Below, one piece after another: positions 41,223 to 56,842 of a DNA stretch of 64,000 nucleotides. Source of the stretch: Octopus vulgaris (lineage: Eukaryota); contig OX597822.1 in assembly GCA_951406725.2 (NCBI GenBank), positions 107,942,001 through 108,006,000 on the forward strand. The letters are read 5' to 3'. Under the pieces are notes generated by a model, which saw only the letters and a list, made by a program, of their open reading frames with translations, searched no databases and was not told the origin of the DNA. Positions within the stretch are counted from its first letter, which is position 1. Each line of letters starts with the position of its first letter. A program made the position numbers and the translations under genes.

Positions 41223-42989
41223 AAAAGTGTTGCGCCTTTGTTTTTTTTCCAATATTCTCTGTCAGAATGAGATGATGCGCTTGCATTAAACATTGCTCGA
41301 TGAACGGTTTGTTCCAACTAACAATTTATGAAGACTATCCTGTTTCAATAAACACGATTTTACTCTTTGCATTCGTGTGCTGTGTTGCCCACTTTGTTTT
41401 GCACATCTATGCTCCCATCTGCTTGTATATATGATTTAATGTACACAGTATAAATATACGATTTAGTAATAGTTTCTTGCTTGATGATGGGTGTCTCGGC
41501 AAACTTATATAACACACATTCTATCTCCAAACAATCTCCAGGCTCTGAGTATATAGTCTCTTCAATTTGCAAATCAGGACGCCAGTACAAGCAAGACCAC
41601 AAGAAAAAGCGTGATGCTAGATGCAAAAATTGGAAGGGAAAAAATCGAAAAAAGAAAATGAATAGAAAAGGAAGAAAAATTAAACTTATGTCCCTTTGAC
41701 TGTAAAACCATAATTAAGCTACCTGCTGTAGAATAATTCAATGGAGAAGGGTTCAAAGCATCGAGAGGGCAACTCAATTCGGAGAGGGTGCTATACTCAA
41801 GCTCGTCAAAGGAAATTGCCCACCTTCGAAAGTTTTAGCAAATGTAATATGGACATATTTTTTGGCTAACGGGAGGACTCACTCACTCCGGATTTAGCAG
41901 CTTCAGATCATTTTTTTTCAATGTGTGTATATGTTAAATATTATATAGATTTAGGACTATTCGTTAACAGTTCTTCCATAGTAACGTTAAATTTCTCTCA
42001 CGTTGTCTATGTTGCATATGAAATATGTTACTCGTGAATTCAGGAAAATGTATGAGAGAAAGATAAATTGCATCCACCATAGGGTTAGTATTTTTATGTC
42101 TTGAAATCAGTCACTTGTCTGCAGTTTTATTTAGTATGCGGCACGCATGCATGTAAAAATCTACTTTTCAGAATGTAATTATAACAAATTGTATTTTTAA
42201 AAACTTGTGTTTATCCCTGCTGGATTGTCATTGCTGGAATGTCATTGGTGGAAGAGGAAATGCCATTGCTGGAAGAGGATATAGTGATGTTCATAAACGT
42301 TTCCATTAGGCACATATAGAAGCTCGCTCATACACAAACATATCCACAATTAAAGAAACGCTCACACACACAAACACGACTTCACACTCACTCACATACA
42401 CGCACACATGCACACATGCGTGAGTGCAAACACTTATCTGTACACACACGTGTAGTAAAACCAGCGCAAAGTGTATTAATATAGTGTAGTTCAGGTGATT
42501 AGATGAAAACTTGTTAAAGCATAAGCAAGGCACAATGAAATACGCAGGTGAAAATTGAATAACAGAAGATTACAGTTTCAGCACAAAACTTGCCGAACCA
42601 AGGATATGGAACGCAATGCAGATGCAACCTCTGAGTCAAGTAGATTATCAGGTTATCCCAGTCAATAAGGTGAATACATCATTAAATAACAGCATCCATA
42701 ATTTCTTCAGGTGTCCTGATAAAGAGGTCATGAGCCTTTAATAGGGAGAGAAATACCAGGTAAATTCCAACTGATTTCAATTTTTTTTTTGTTTTAAATC
42801 TAACAGTTTATGTTGGAATATGTAGACATATTCAAACGAGTAATTAAGAAGTTTGTTTCCTCTCATGAGGAACTGGATTCGATCCAAAGGAGTGATGATT
42901 GGGACAAATGTCTTTTTCATTGACTCTAATAAACTTTTCTTTTTGTGTGCGCACGTAAAGAGTGTCAAGATTTATGTTCGTACATATGC

Positions 42990-43290
42990 ACTCTTTTACT
43001 CGTTTCAGTTATTTGACTGTGGCCATACTGGAGCACCGTCTTTAGTCGCGCAAATCGACACCAGGATTTATTCTTTGTGAGCCTAGTACTTTTTCTATTC
43101 TATCGGTCTTTTTTGCCGAACCTCGAATTTACGGGGACGTAAACACACCACCATCGGTTGTCAAGCGATGTTCGTGGTAGTGGATGGTGGTGGGGAAGAC
43201 ATAGACACACACAATATATATATATATAAAAAAATTTTTTAAAATGCGCAACTCCATTGTCTCCCGAGACAGAAAGGATGCCAATACAAT

Positions 43291-43366
<76 letters not shown>

Positions 43367-43530
43367 CATATAAGACGGGCTAGTTTCAGCTTCCGTCTGC
43401 CAAATATACTCAGAAGGCTTTGGTGGGCCCTAGGTTAAAGTAGAAGACACTTGCCCAAGGTGCCACGCAGTGGGACTGAACACAGAAACATGTTGTTGGA
43501 AACAAGCTGCTTACTACACAGCCACTCCTG
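42990..43530 (-). mobile_element. Near full-length tRNA-headed SINE with internal microsatellite
   Basis: Minus strand head caggagtggctgtgtagtaag...gttcagtcccactgcgtggcaccttgggcaagtgtcttctac; homologous copies at 52330-52790 and 53765-54352. Confidence 0.85.
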
Positions 43531-43682
43531 TATGTATTTATGTATATATGTATGTATGTATGTATGCATGTATTTATGTATGTAAGTATGTATATATGTA
43601 TATATATATAAATATAAATATAGCTGGGCAGCTAACTAGCTAGCTTGATAGATAGATAGGTAGATAGAGAGATATGGATATC

Positions 43683-46044
43683 ATATGGCGAGTATCATGA
43701 CACCCCCTGTGTGTCATGTATAGTAGTAGCTTGTTTGACTGAGAGCCGGGAGCGAGAAATCGCAGGAAGCTGAAAGGTGTCCTTCGTGAACTCGTGGATT
43801 CGCAGGAAATTGTTAAGAAGTTATTATAATTCGCTGAGAGTTGTTTTGGATGGGTTAAATCTGTTGGCGCAGTATTTGTGAATACACCAAGCAGAGAGAT
43901 TTGGCGTCTACCCCGTTCCGTGGTATTGTATATCACACTGTTATTAGTGCACGTCATTAATGTTACATACACAGAAACCAATTTATAAAAGTGGGGACGA
44001 GTGATTCGAATCTTACGTTGCTCATTAACAATTTTTTTATGACGCAAAAAAATCGTTAATTATGGAAGACCTATTAGGTGACATATTACAGTTGCAAAAG
44101 GACCAGCAACAGGAGTTACACCAATAACAAAAACACAGTCAGTTATTGGAACAGACTTGATGTTGGGAAACACCGCAAGATTGTTCTTGTCAGACAGCGT
44201 AGTGAATGGTATACCTAAATTTAGTTATAACCCAGAAGAGGTGCATAACTTTCTCGGCGTACTTCAGAAGATAGGAAGAAATCTTTAAAGACGAATGTAA
44301 GTGTTGGACAGGCGATGGAAAAGAGATTCTACTGTTATGGCAACTAGGTCCCTCAGAATATGAAAAATACTGCAATTCTATCTTGCCTAGAAAAAAAAAA
44401 ATGAAATTTGTTTTGAGGAAATAATTGAAATGTTCAGCGATTAGAGTTCCCTGTTTAACACAGGCTGGAACTGTTTGAATTGAATAATAAAAACAGGACC
44501 AAAATTTTGTCAGTTATGGCCGAATTGTAAATAGAATGTGCGAGAAATTTAGACTGAAGGGATTAAATGCCTCATCTATGTGCAAGGTTTCACGGCAACA
44601 AAGGTGCAGAGATACGTGCACGGTTCCTTACAAAACTAGAACAGGAGTACCAGGATTTAACCCTGCAGGCAGTAGCAGAGGAATATCAAAAAATTATCAG
44701 TTTACAACACGACGTAAAGAAAATTGAAGAAAACATTCCTCTCAAGTACAGACATGTTTGACTGGAATAAAGAAAAAAAGGCTGTTACGCCGAAATCCAT
44801 AGAATGGGTGTGGAAGTTCGCATACCCTTTAAACGGCGCGTATTATCTGCTTATAGTAGAGAGCTATACCAAGTGGTCGGAGATATGTAAATGAAGTCAA
44901 CCAGCCTAGAAGGTAACAATAAAGTTCCTTCACGAATGTTTTGCTCAATACACTGTCCCGGACAACATAGTATCGAATAACGGAACGCAGTTTTCGGTGT
45001 CCGAATTTTAAAACTTTTGTGAGAGGTATGCAATCAATCACAGCTCTACTCCGCCGTACCACCCAAGGTCAAATGTGCAAGAAGAAAGTTTCGTAGACAC
45101 ATTTAAGCGAACACTAAAATGACATTGATGCAGCACTAACTCAATTATTAAGGGTTTACAGGGTAACACGTATCTCGAACAACTGTTCAGGCAAGCCGCC
45201 CGCAGAGCTAATGTTTGCTCTGAAGATAAAACCAATTTTTGATAAATTGCTACCTATAATAACAAAATGTATACGGAAACCCAAGAAGCACAACAAAATA
45301 TTTTAATGGAGGAAGTTCCTTTCAAAATATATAAAAATGGAAGGCAAGGTTGTGAGGATTGAATAGTTACGAAAAGAATAGTCAGTGTGTGGTACATAAT
45401 ATGGGGTTAAATAGGATATCACAAACGAGATTTGAACCGGTTGGAGACTAGACATACCGAAGAAAGAGAAGCTATGCCGATGTAAATTTGTTATGACCTG
45501 TTCGATTTTCCAACGCAAAGAATTGTGAACCTAAGCAGATCAGCAATAGAAAACGTAAACAAACAGAACGCCTAGAATTTGTCACTAAGCGAAAGAAGCA
45601 TTAAACTTCTGAGGAAATTAAAATCTCAAAAAATAGAGAGGTGATGATGGAAAAATCTAGAAGATATTTGAAATGAAAAATTTGCCCACCTTACTTATGT
45701 CAAATTTGAAGAGGAGACATGTTACGGCAAGTATCATGACGCCCCCTGTTATAATGAACGAGCCTAACTCGTGTAAGTAGCAGTGTATTTGACTGAGAGC
45801 GAGAGATGAGAAATCGCAGGAAGGCGAAAGGTGTCCTTCGTGAGATCGTGGAGTTGCAGGAAACTGTTGAGAAGTTGTTATCGTTTGTTGAATGCTGTTT
45901 TGGATTGTGTACAATTGTTGGCAGAGTATTTGGGAATAAATCAACTGGAGACATTTGGTGTCTACACCGTTCCGTGGTATTGTATATCACACTGTTATTA
46001 GTGCACGACACGAAGGTTACATATACAGAATCTACGTTATAAAA
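43683..46044 (+). mobile_element. Internally deleted Gypsy-type LTR retrotransposon with both LTRs
   Basis: Diverged direct repeats ~43683-43990 and 45720-46044; PBS-like gtggggacgag after the 5' LTR; PPT gaagaggaga before TGTTACG; gag-like AEIRARFLTKLEQ; integrase FAQYTVPDNIVSNNGTQF..STPPYHPRSN..FVDTFKR at ~44900-45110. Confidence 0.88.
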
Positions 46045-46045
46045 G

Positions 46046-46076
<31 letters not shown>

Positions 46077-46180
46077 ATACATACAAACATATATACTTAC
46101 TTTGTATATATATAGGTTTCGGCCCATACATACAAACATATATATATCCATCCATCCATTTCTTGAAGGAATCTGTCCAA

Positions 46181-46241
<61 letters not shown>

Positions 46242-46274
46242 CATCATGCAGATGATGTATATTGGAGAGAAAGA

Positions 46275-46323
<49 letters not shown>

Positions 46324-46351
46324 TGTATATGTATATATATATATATATATG

Positions 46352-46400
<49 letters not shown>

Positions 46401-46433
46401 TATCTCTCTATTTATCTATGTATCTCTCTTTTA

Positions 46434-46488
<55 letters not shown>

Positions 46489-47446
46489 TTGTATGTACGT
46501 ATGTATTTATACAGCCACCCACATGCATGTATTCAATGGTCGCCAGCAAAGTTTGATGAACACTAAGAAACTTAACATCTAAAAATCTCAACATCTTAAA
46601 GGACACAGTTACTTCTGCAATGATATATGATATATGTAGGTATAATTTTCTTCGCCTAATCTTAATTTTTATGTTACCATGACAATGTTCACCAGACAAA
46701 TTTTCTGTAAGTTTATTGAAATTTTGGTCGACATCTTAATTATAGAGGTTATAGGTTCTCCTGAGATTTCTAATGACTGATGATTGTAATTATTTCTACC
46801 AACCAATATTGATGTATATAGAGCATGTCAACAATCAATCGATGATGAAGACGTTAATTGACGAGGTCACAGATGTACACAAGGAGATAGTTTGATGTGA
46901 CGTCACTCGAAGCGAAATATATGACAGGCGCAAAATGAAAACGAAGAGAAAATGAAGAAAATAACAAAAGTGAGTTAGAAAGAAACAAAGCTAAAAAGGA
47001 AATGAAGGAGGAAAGAAATGTCCCGCTGTTTTATTGATGATATGAAATTTTGATAACTGTTAAATACACTCTGGATATTTGTATCAGTATGGGTAATTTA
47101 AATAACAATAGACTAAATCGATTTCCATCACTTCAGTGTCTTAGCAAACGCTCCCAAGTTTATCTAATTTTCATTAAATTTGTAACGAGAGGCCTTATAT
47201 TCCTTTATTTTTATTTTATTTTATTTTTTATTTTTCCAGAGACATATTCTGTATTATTGCGGACGTTTGAAGTAAGAGCTGAAGTAAGAATGAAGAATAA
47301 AAGCTGATTAGTTTGTATTGTGATTGATGAGAGTAATCTCACGCTGTAAATTACTTATAACGAACCAGACATTTTGGAACATTTCAGAGGGAAAGGAAAT
47401 GGGTTTTCAAAATTTTGCGAACACATACACGCATGTATATAAATAA

Positions 47447-47594
<148 letters not shown>

Positions 47595-47680
47595 ATATAT
47601 ATGCTTATATATACATATATACATACATATATGTATATATATACATATATATATATATATTTACACTTACACACAGACAG

Positions 47681-47716
<36 letters not shown>

Positions 47717-47803
47717 GTAGATAGATAGAGAGGTGGTTAGATAGATAGAAAGAAAAGTAGGTAGAGAAATAAATATATATATATCAGAAATATGTAGATA
47801 GAT

Positions 47804-47867
<64 letters not shown>

Positions 47868-48734
47868 GATATATGAATATCTATTATTCATTGTTGGAAT
47901 CAAAATCTTCAGACATTATCACGAGTTTCACATTTCCGTCCTTAGTGCTTAAAGATTGATTAGAATTTATGATATGTGGTGACCACTTCTATATTCCTTT
48001 CTAAGCAGATGACTTTTGAACAAAGAACGCTCATAAGGAAGAATAGAAAAAGAAAAACACAGGGGAAATAAGCAACTTTACACAAACAAATATCAAAATG
48101 CGTGGTTTACGATGTATTCGTTAGCCCTTTTTTAATTTCCGCCAAGATGTATTTTTATTAAATACAAACAGAAAGAATGTTGTTCCTAGAACTTACGTAG
48201 TCGCTGGAGGCTCTCAAATCATTTAGAAATATTGTCTTTTAAGAGTACATATTGAACATATTTTTGACCTATTTACTATAGAGTTTGATTTTGAAAATGA
48301 TTTTCCATATAATGTTGTAGTTTGCATATGATGTAGTTTTCATACGGTGTTGAAGTGAGTCATTACCTCCTTAAGTTTCCAGATTAAGGTTGAAAATGTA
48401 GTTGAACGTATCACGGTGAGTAAAAGTCTAAAGATGATTGATATATTTTGGTCCAAATGTTCCTACAACGGCTGCAAATGTAAATCCGTATAATATATAA
48501 ACAACCATGACTGTCTCCTGTTTTATGATTAGAGTTAGGTTGGGACCATGTTATTTATTTAACTCATTGCTGGAGTGATAGACTACAGTAACGTAAATTT
48601 TCTACATGAACATTTCGTAATATATATGTTTGTGTGTGTTAGTTTATGTACACCTGTGTGTATGTGTGTGCATGTGTATATACACACATACATACATATA
48701 TATATATATACACACACACATATATATACATATA

Positions 48735-49017
48735 TCACCGACCAGACCATCAGATGTTGCTACACATCGCTAGTCACAATGCGTTCGCATTGTTTTAGCC
48801 TTCGAATGACGCCACCCCGCTGGCTAAGCGAGCAGGCCAACAGAAGAAAAAGAGTGGTGAAAGAGTACAACAGGGATCACCACCCCCTGCCGGAGCCTCG
48901 TGGAACTTTTAAGGTGTTTTCGCTCAATAAACACACACAACGCCCGGTCTGGGAATCGAAACCGCTATTCTACGACCGCGAGTTCGCTGCCCTAACCACT
49001 AGGCCATTGCGCCTCCA
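48735..49017 (-). mobile_element. tRNA-derived SINE sharing its head with 17831-18211 but with a different 3' tail
   Basis: Reverse complement ggaggcgcaatggcctagtggttagggcagcg...; sequences diverge after ctctttcaccac. Confidence 0.85.
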
Positions 49018-51028
49018 CATATACATATATATATAAATTATGTGTAATATATTGTACGCTTTATATAAAGTTGTTAAAGTTGTTGCCGTGATAACATATT
49101 GGATAATTATCAAAAAAGTTTTACAGTGTCTCCCTTCAAATCAAATCTCCGTTTTAAGCCAATACAAAAGGAATCAGTTGTTAAATGCTAAATTAACTTA
49201 GCTCGAAGGCACGAATTGTAAAACGTCCATTGCACATGATATATGAGTAAAGAGAAAGGAACAAAAACTGACAGATTTCCATGCATTTCCACGTTCGGTT
49301 TTATTCATGCGTATATCGGTCAACTTTAGCATTTCAGCCATTAATTTAAGTTTCGGAGAAATTAAATAGTGTTACATATTTGTATTTGTTTATGAGTATG
49401 ACCTATACAGGTAAGAGTGTGACCTGCCACATATTTTTGAAGTGAAGACAATTTCTTAAGTGTAGTTGAATTTAGCTATTCAGTTCTTCGACATAAAGGT
49501 TCGTTACAATAAATGAAATACATAATTTCCTCGGATACAACTGAACGAAACATTACTGTGTAAAAAGTGAAAAGCTTTAAACATTAAGAAAATATAGAGA
49601 TAACCATTTATTAAATGATTCTTGAAAATTTACAGCTCTGAGCTGAAGAGAACTTATAAATGTGAAAACAAACCATTCTGAAGAAAATCACAGCGCCACA
49701 CATGAAGTGGAAATTATAAAAAAAGGAAAATCACTCTCAGGGCCTCACTCATTCTTTATTTCAATGATGTGGAAATGTTGCAACGTTAAACAGTGTTGGA
49801 TATGAATTTCGAACGTAAATGCGCAGAAAGAAATAGTGAGTAATCCGATACTTTACTGGTCACTTTGATACTTCCTATCATTAGCACAAGATTAAGTCTG
49901 TTCCAAGTTGTTTGCTGAAAGAATATACGTTTGTATATTACTATAGATTACAAAGCGAACTTGAGAGGATGGAAGGTGGTATTGATACCAACATACTTCA
50001 AACCAGATTAGTTGAGATGAAAATACTTTTTGCGACGTTATTTATCATATAACAATATCTACAAAGATTTTCTTGCCAACTGAACCTAAGGATTAAGGAA
50101 TTCGAAGGAAGAGGATTATTTGTATAAAATCTATTCTCGAAAATTGAAAAAAAATAGCACTGGGTATTTATACTACTTGGGTATTTGAAAAACAAATTGG
50201 TTTTCTGACAGCGAATACAGCAGTCAATAAAACAAAAGATTAATCATTATCCATTCGGTAGTGTTTGACATTTCTTAAGTAAAGATCTTATTTACCCAAT
50301 ATTTTATATCTGTAGACTGTTTAAATTAATAGTTTTTGCTTATTTGTGTAGTTAGATATTACTGCATTAAATTTCCAACATGTGTTATCTATCTATAAAG
50401 GGACTGAATAAATCATCATAGACTCACACACGACTGTCTAGTTTTCTACGTATACATATAAGAATTATACAGAATCCAATGTATGCACACATATGTAAGC
50501 AACAGTCTGTGTATATATGTTTGTTTATGCGTGTGCATGTGGGGGAGGGGCACATGGGTGCGCGCTCCTATAAACATACTGTTATTTCACATTTCATAAA
50601 TATATCTCTATGTTTCTGCACTTATGATTTGTCATTAAATGTCCATTGAAATTATTTGCATTCATCATATAGTTGGAAGCGGAACACATAGCAATGTTTT
50701 CTAAAAGAATAAATGGAATAAAATAACGTTTGATCGGCAAGGATAGTTCAAGAGTTAAATTACAAATGAATATTTTCCACAATGTTACTGTTTTTACTGT
50801 TAAGGAAAAGGGAGTCCGGCATGCGGAAGACATGGGATTATATACACGATGTTGTTAAAGAATATACTTTCCATAGCCACCTAGATAATGTGAATTGTGA
50901 GGGCAATTGCAAAAATGTATAATTTTGCACACTGTTAGAGCAGTTACTATGTATTTCATGTACTACACGCATGCGCGCATGCACGCGCACGGACACACAT
51001 ATATGTATAAGTATATATATATATATAT

Positions 51029-51192
51029 CACCGAGATCACCGTGACCGACCAGCTATCAGACGTTGCTACACAACGCTGATCACAATGCGCTTCGCATTT
51101 TTTCAGCCTTCAAATGACGCCACCCCATGGGTAAGCGAGCAGGCCAACATAAGAAAGAGTGAGAGAAATTTGTGGTGAAAGGGTACAGCAGC
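51029..51192 (-). mobile_element. 5'-truncated copy of the 48735-type SINE
   Basis: gaccgacca..atcaga.gttgctacaca...gacgccacccc...gcgagcaggccaaca shared. Confidence 0.8.
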
Positions 51193-51701
51193 ATAGTAAA
51201 GACTATTCTCCAACATAATGTGGCAGTCCTGGTTGGGACGAGTGCTACTGTTGTTTAGCGCTAGCAAACAACCTTTCTAGCTGGCGATACAACACTATAT
51301 CCGTGTCCTTATATTTTTGAAGAGGGGAGTTCAGCACAAAACAATATCTGCGGACCGCCGCGGTTTCTGTGCTATTTCCTTTCTCCGCACCGAATAACTG
51401 CTGGACTAAGTTGCCGCTCCTAAATTCCCGTTAAAAAATACATAGAATTTTGAAAGTGACATACAAACACTGATGTCATAAACATAAATATTATTATTTC
51501 TAAATCTCTCAAAAGAGATATACAGTAGAAGTACTTCAAAGTAGATATTGCTTTGTGCAAAGTGGGAATGCTAAACTCCTCTGTTCGGAAATATGAGAAC
51601 ACAGATATTGTTTCGGTATTTCACTGGAGACCGTATTTCCTGGGGATCAAAAAAAAGCAGTATTCGTCCCAAATTGGACTACCATGATATGTTGCAAATT
51701 T

Positions 51702-52093
51702 TTATATATAAAAGTGAGGTTGTGTGCTGTCTGTCTCCTACGATTTAGATTCCTAACTACTCCCACATTTTGCGGTGCAGTTTAACCAACAGCGGGTATC
51801 TTATAGTCGTGATTCATATCGAGCCCTTCTGGGTATTAGCGCGCGTCTACGATGAGTCTACGATTAAAAAAAAATTACCATCAATTTTTCCCATTTTAAT
51901 GAATTTTTGGAATATATAAGGGAAGTAACTCTCTAAAAATTTATTATTAAATCTCAGAACGTAAAAGGTTACAGTAACACCCCCCTCCTTTGTATTTAGC
52001 CCTATTGAGATGGCTATTATACTTTACATCTCTAAAAATGCTTATATAGTTATTTCCCTTACAAATCCGAGCAACGCCGGGCGATACTGCTAG
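51702..52093 (+). mobile_element. Non-autonomous Helitron-like element
   Basis: 5' t.tatatataaaa start; subterminal imperfect hairpin ccgagcaacgccgg followed by terminal CTAG at 52090-52093. Confidence 0.7.
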
Positions 52094-52329
52094 AAGTCTT
52101 TAATTTAAAGTACTTCTCTTTTAGCGTCTTATCATTTAACACACTCACCGGTTCGATTTCTCCTCATTTACTTATTTCTGGTGAGTATGATAAAATAATA
52201 ATAATACCCTCCCCAAACACAATAATATATATTATTTAGAATAATATATGCTCCATTTAAATCGAGTAAACCTTCTATTTTTTTTTTTTTTGACAAATTT
52301 GTACATATATATCTCTTTAACGATTTTTA

Positions 52330-52790
52330 CACGTTTCAGTCATTTAACGGCGGCCATGCTATAGTACCACATTCAGTCGCAGAAATCGACCCCAGTACTT
52401 GTTTTTTGTAAGACTAGTACTTATTTCATCGGTAGCGTTTGCCGATCCGCTAGGTTATGTTGGAACATAAACACACCAACATCGCTTGTCAAGTGATGGT
52501 GGGGGACAAAGAAAGACACAGAGTCGTGCTCACACACACACACATTCACACACATACACACACTCACACACACAGACACACACACAAACACACACACACA
52601 CACAGACACACACACACACAGACACACACACACATATATATATTTATATACGACGGGCTTCTTTCTGTTTCCGTCTACCAAATTCCCTCAGAAGGCTTTA
52701 GTAAGCCCAAGGTGCTACATAGTGGTATCGAACTTGGGATCGTGTGGGTGGGAGAAACGGTTTTTGTCACACAGCTACACTTGCAGCTAT
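52330..52790 (-). mobile_element. SINE (microsatellite-containing family), degenerate
   Basis: Homologous to 42990-43530. Confidence 0.8.
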
Positions 52791-53393
52791 GTATATATAT
52801 ATGTGTGATATGTTGGCTCAAATTTTAATTGGGATATAATTATGCCTTATGATTGTACATAATTCTAAGAGAAAGTACTGATTAGCGAAATTAATGTTTA
52901 AGCTCGTTTTTAAACAATAACGATATATAACTTTATCTTCAGCAAGAAAAGGTAATTTTGATATTAGCTTAGCAACTACATTACCGGAGTCAAAAAATTT
53001 AATTGTTATTAAAGGATCATTCAATGAAAGGTGTATTTCTGCTATGTAGTACAGCAAAGATTTCAAATTTGTTACTCAACTTGGCCTAAATAACTTCATC
53101 CACGGTGTCTTAGTTTACAACCAGGTTTATACTTTACGAATTTAGCACGAAGGAAAGGTCTCGTAAATATTGTTTCGTTTTTAGACTATAAATATTGGCT
53201 TCAAGTTTTGGCACAAGGCTAGCAATTATGGCGTAGGGGGCAAGTATTTTTTGAGTTGTTTATGAGATGATGAAGATAATGAAAACCCATCGTTATCAGC
53301 TAATTCAAATATTTTTGAATTCCTAGAAATAAATGCATCGAGTATGATGCACACCAGCACAACAGTGCAAATATAAATGTTAACAATGCTGGA

Positions 53394-53473
<80 letters not shown>

Positions 53474-53489
53474 TAGATAGATATATATA

Positions 53490-53723
53490 CTTTATTTAAA
53501 GAAGCAGAAAATTCAACAAAACCTGTTACTCTGAGTTTCACGTTGCCGTTCGTTGGACAGTTTTTCCTAGAATCTAGCAAAAATTGTCCGACGAAGGGCA
53601 ACGTGAAACTCAGAGTAACAGGTTTTGTTAAATTTTCTGCTGCTTTAAATAAAGCATATTACTCTACCACTGGTATTTGAGTACTCTTTTTTCCACCTTG
53701 TTTCACATTTATGTGTTTACTCC

Positions 53724-53727
<4 letters not shown>
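53490..53727 (+). mobile_element. Foldback mini-element, family A, with a hammerhead in each arm
   Basis: 53490-53570 inverted relative to 53574-53654, then ~70 bp tail; (TA)n on both sides; + strand ttgt-CCGACGA-agggcaacgt-GAAA-ctcagag-TA-acag at 53584-53621. Confidence 0.85.
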
Positions 53728-54352
<625 letters not shown>

Positions 54353-54773
54353 GTTTTTTTTTTTTTCAGGATTAAATAAACAGACAAAAAACGGAAAATA
54401 TGATATAACTATATATATAATAAAAAAAAACGTATAGCAAATAAACGAACATATACTAAATACACAGGCGAATAGTAAACAGAAGGTCACCGATTCTTCA
54501 TCAGTTATCGGTCAGAGGGTCAAATGCTATGTCAGCCATTAACGATAATATTGGTTCCGCTCTGGAGGCGACAAGACACTTGCCGAGAATGGGAACAAAC
54601 ATAACACAGCGACTATAGACACAGGGGCAGTAAAGCTAAGAGCTCCGAAAATCGTATCCAGTGCGGTCGAAGGCAACGCGAAAAAGAATGACAACGCCTT
54701 AGATAGTCACCGCTCACCTGATAGTAGGAGGAGGGTAACAGAGAACGATAGATATAGACTGGTAGAGATAGAC

Positions 54774-54848
<75 letters not shown>

Positions 54849-54871
54849 CAGATAGATAGATAGAATGAGTA

Positions 54872-54936
<65 letters not shown>

Positions 54937-54937
54937 T

Positions 54938-54977
<40 letters not shown>

Positions 54978-55302
54978 TTAGATAGATAGATAGATTGATA
55001 GATAGATAGATAGATAGATAGATAGAGAAGGAGAGAGAGAGAGAAGGGAAATTAAGAATGGACGAAAATTTAACAAATTAAGACGGGCTCTTGACCAGAC
55101 CGTTAGTGGACGGACAAGAGACAAAAAATAAAGCGAATGAAGGCTTAGGGCCACAAGGAGACAACATTTAATACTGATAATACATATACCGCAAAAAGCC
55201 TTGGGGCTGCAAGACAAGACAAAAGTAGGTAACACGGCAGAGAAATGAAAACTATCCTAAAGGACTATAGACACGGGAGGGGTAGAGCAATACACACACA
55301 CG

Positions 55303-55429
<127 letters not shown>

Positions 55430-55603
55430 TTTATTTAAAGCAGCAGAAAATTCAACAAAACCTGTTACTCTGAGTTTCTCGTTGCCGTTCATCGGACAGT
55501 TTTTTGCTAGAATGGAACCGATATGTCAATTCTATCCAGACTATTACAAACGCTACACCTTTAAAAAATGGACTTGTTTGATTGGCCCTTTAGAAATTAC
55601 TCC

Positions 55604-55607
<4 letters not shown>
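55430..55607. mobile_element. Family A mini-element: inverted hammerhead segment plus terminal tactccggta
   Basis: Minus strand 55461-55505 aaactgt-CCGATGA-acggcaacga-GAAA-ctcagag-TA-acagg; same left breakpoint as 53490; (TA)n on both sides. Confidence 0.8.
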
Positions 55608-55681
<74 letters not shown>

Positions 55682-55729
55682 CGCATAACTTCAGCATATA
55701 AATATATGTAGATTATTTTATTAATTGGG

Positions 55730-56098
<369 letters not shown>

Positions 56099-56453
56099 CT
56101 GTGTAATGAATCTGTATACTCCTCCCTGGAAAAAGTGGTACAAATACTTTCCGGTATAAAGGGACCATAGCCGATACTTAAGAGAGGGTCAAGAGTCGAA
56201 GAGGTGAGAGCCGACATATCTACACGGTGTCTTGTTGACCTATCTGTGATAGTAAAACACAGGTTAGTGTATTACTAATCGGGTACGAAGAGATACAACG
56301 GTATCCGATGACTAGTAACTATTGTGGCTACTAACGTAACACACTAACTATAATACAACGCCAATCACACAACACACCAGTGGGAGGGAACCACTTTACA
56401 ACACATAAATATATCACTTCAGCATATATATATACAGATAGATAGATATGTAA

Positions 56454-56548
<95 letters not shown>

Positions 56549-56569
56549 GTATGTATGTATGTATATGTT

Positions 56570-56790
56570 TAATAGGGTTCAGCAAAGATTTGCTTTACCA
56601 CATACCGAAGTTTAGAAATAGCAGCCCAAAAACCTTAGCTCTAAACTTCGGTATGTGGTAAAGCAAATCTTTGCTGACCCCTATTATAAAGTATTACTTT
56701 AATTTACCGTGAAATGGTCCTTTTGCATGCCGAATTCTACTTGTTGAAATTATTGATTACTAGTTAATTAATCAATTTTACCCTTTGTTA

Positions 56791-56795
<5 letters not shown>
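56570..56795. mobile_element. Asymmetric foldback insert (~46 bp arms)
   Basis: taatagggttcagcaaagatttgctttaccacataccgaagtttaga / tctaaacttcggtatgtggtaaagcaaatctttgctgacccctatta; ~110 bp tail to (TA)n. Confidence 0.8.
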
Positions 56796-56842
<47 letters not shown>

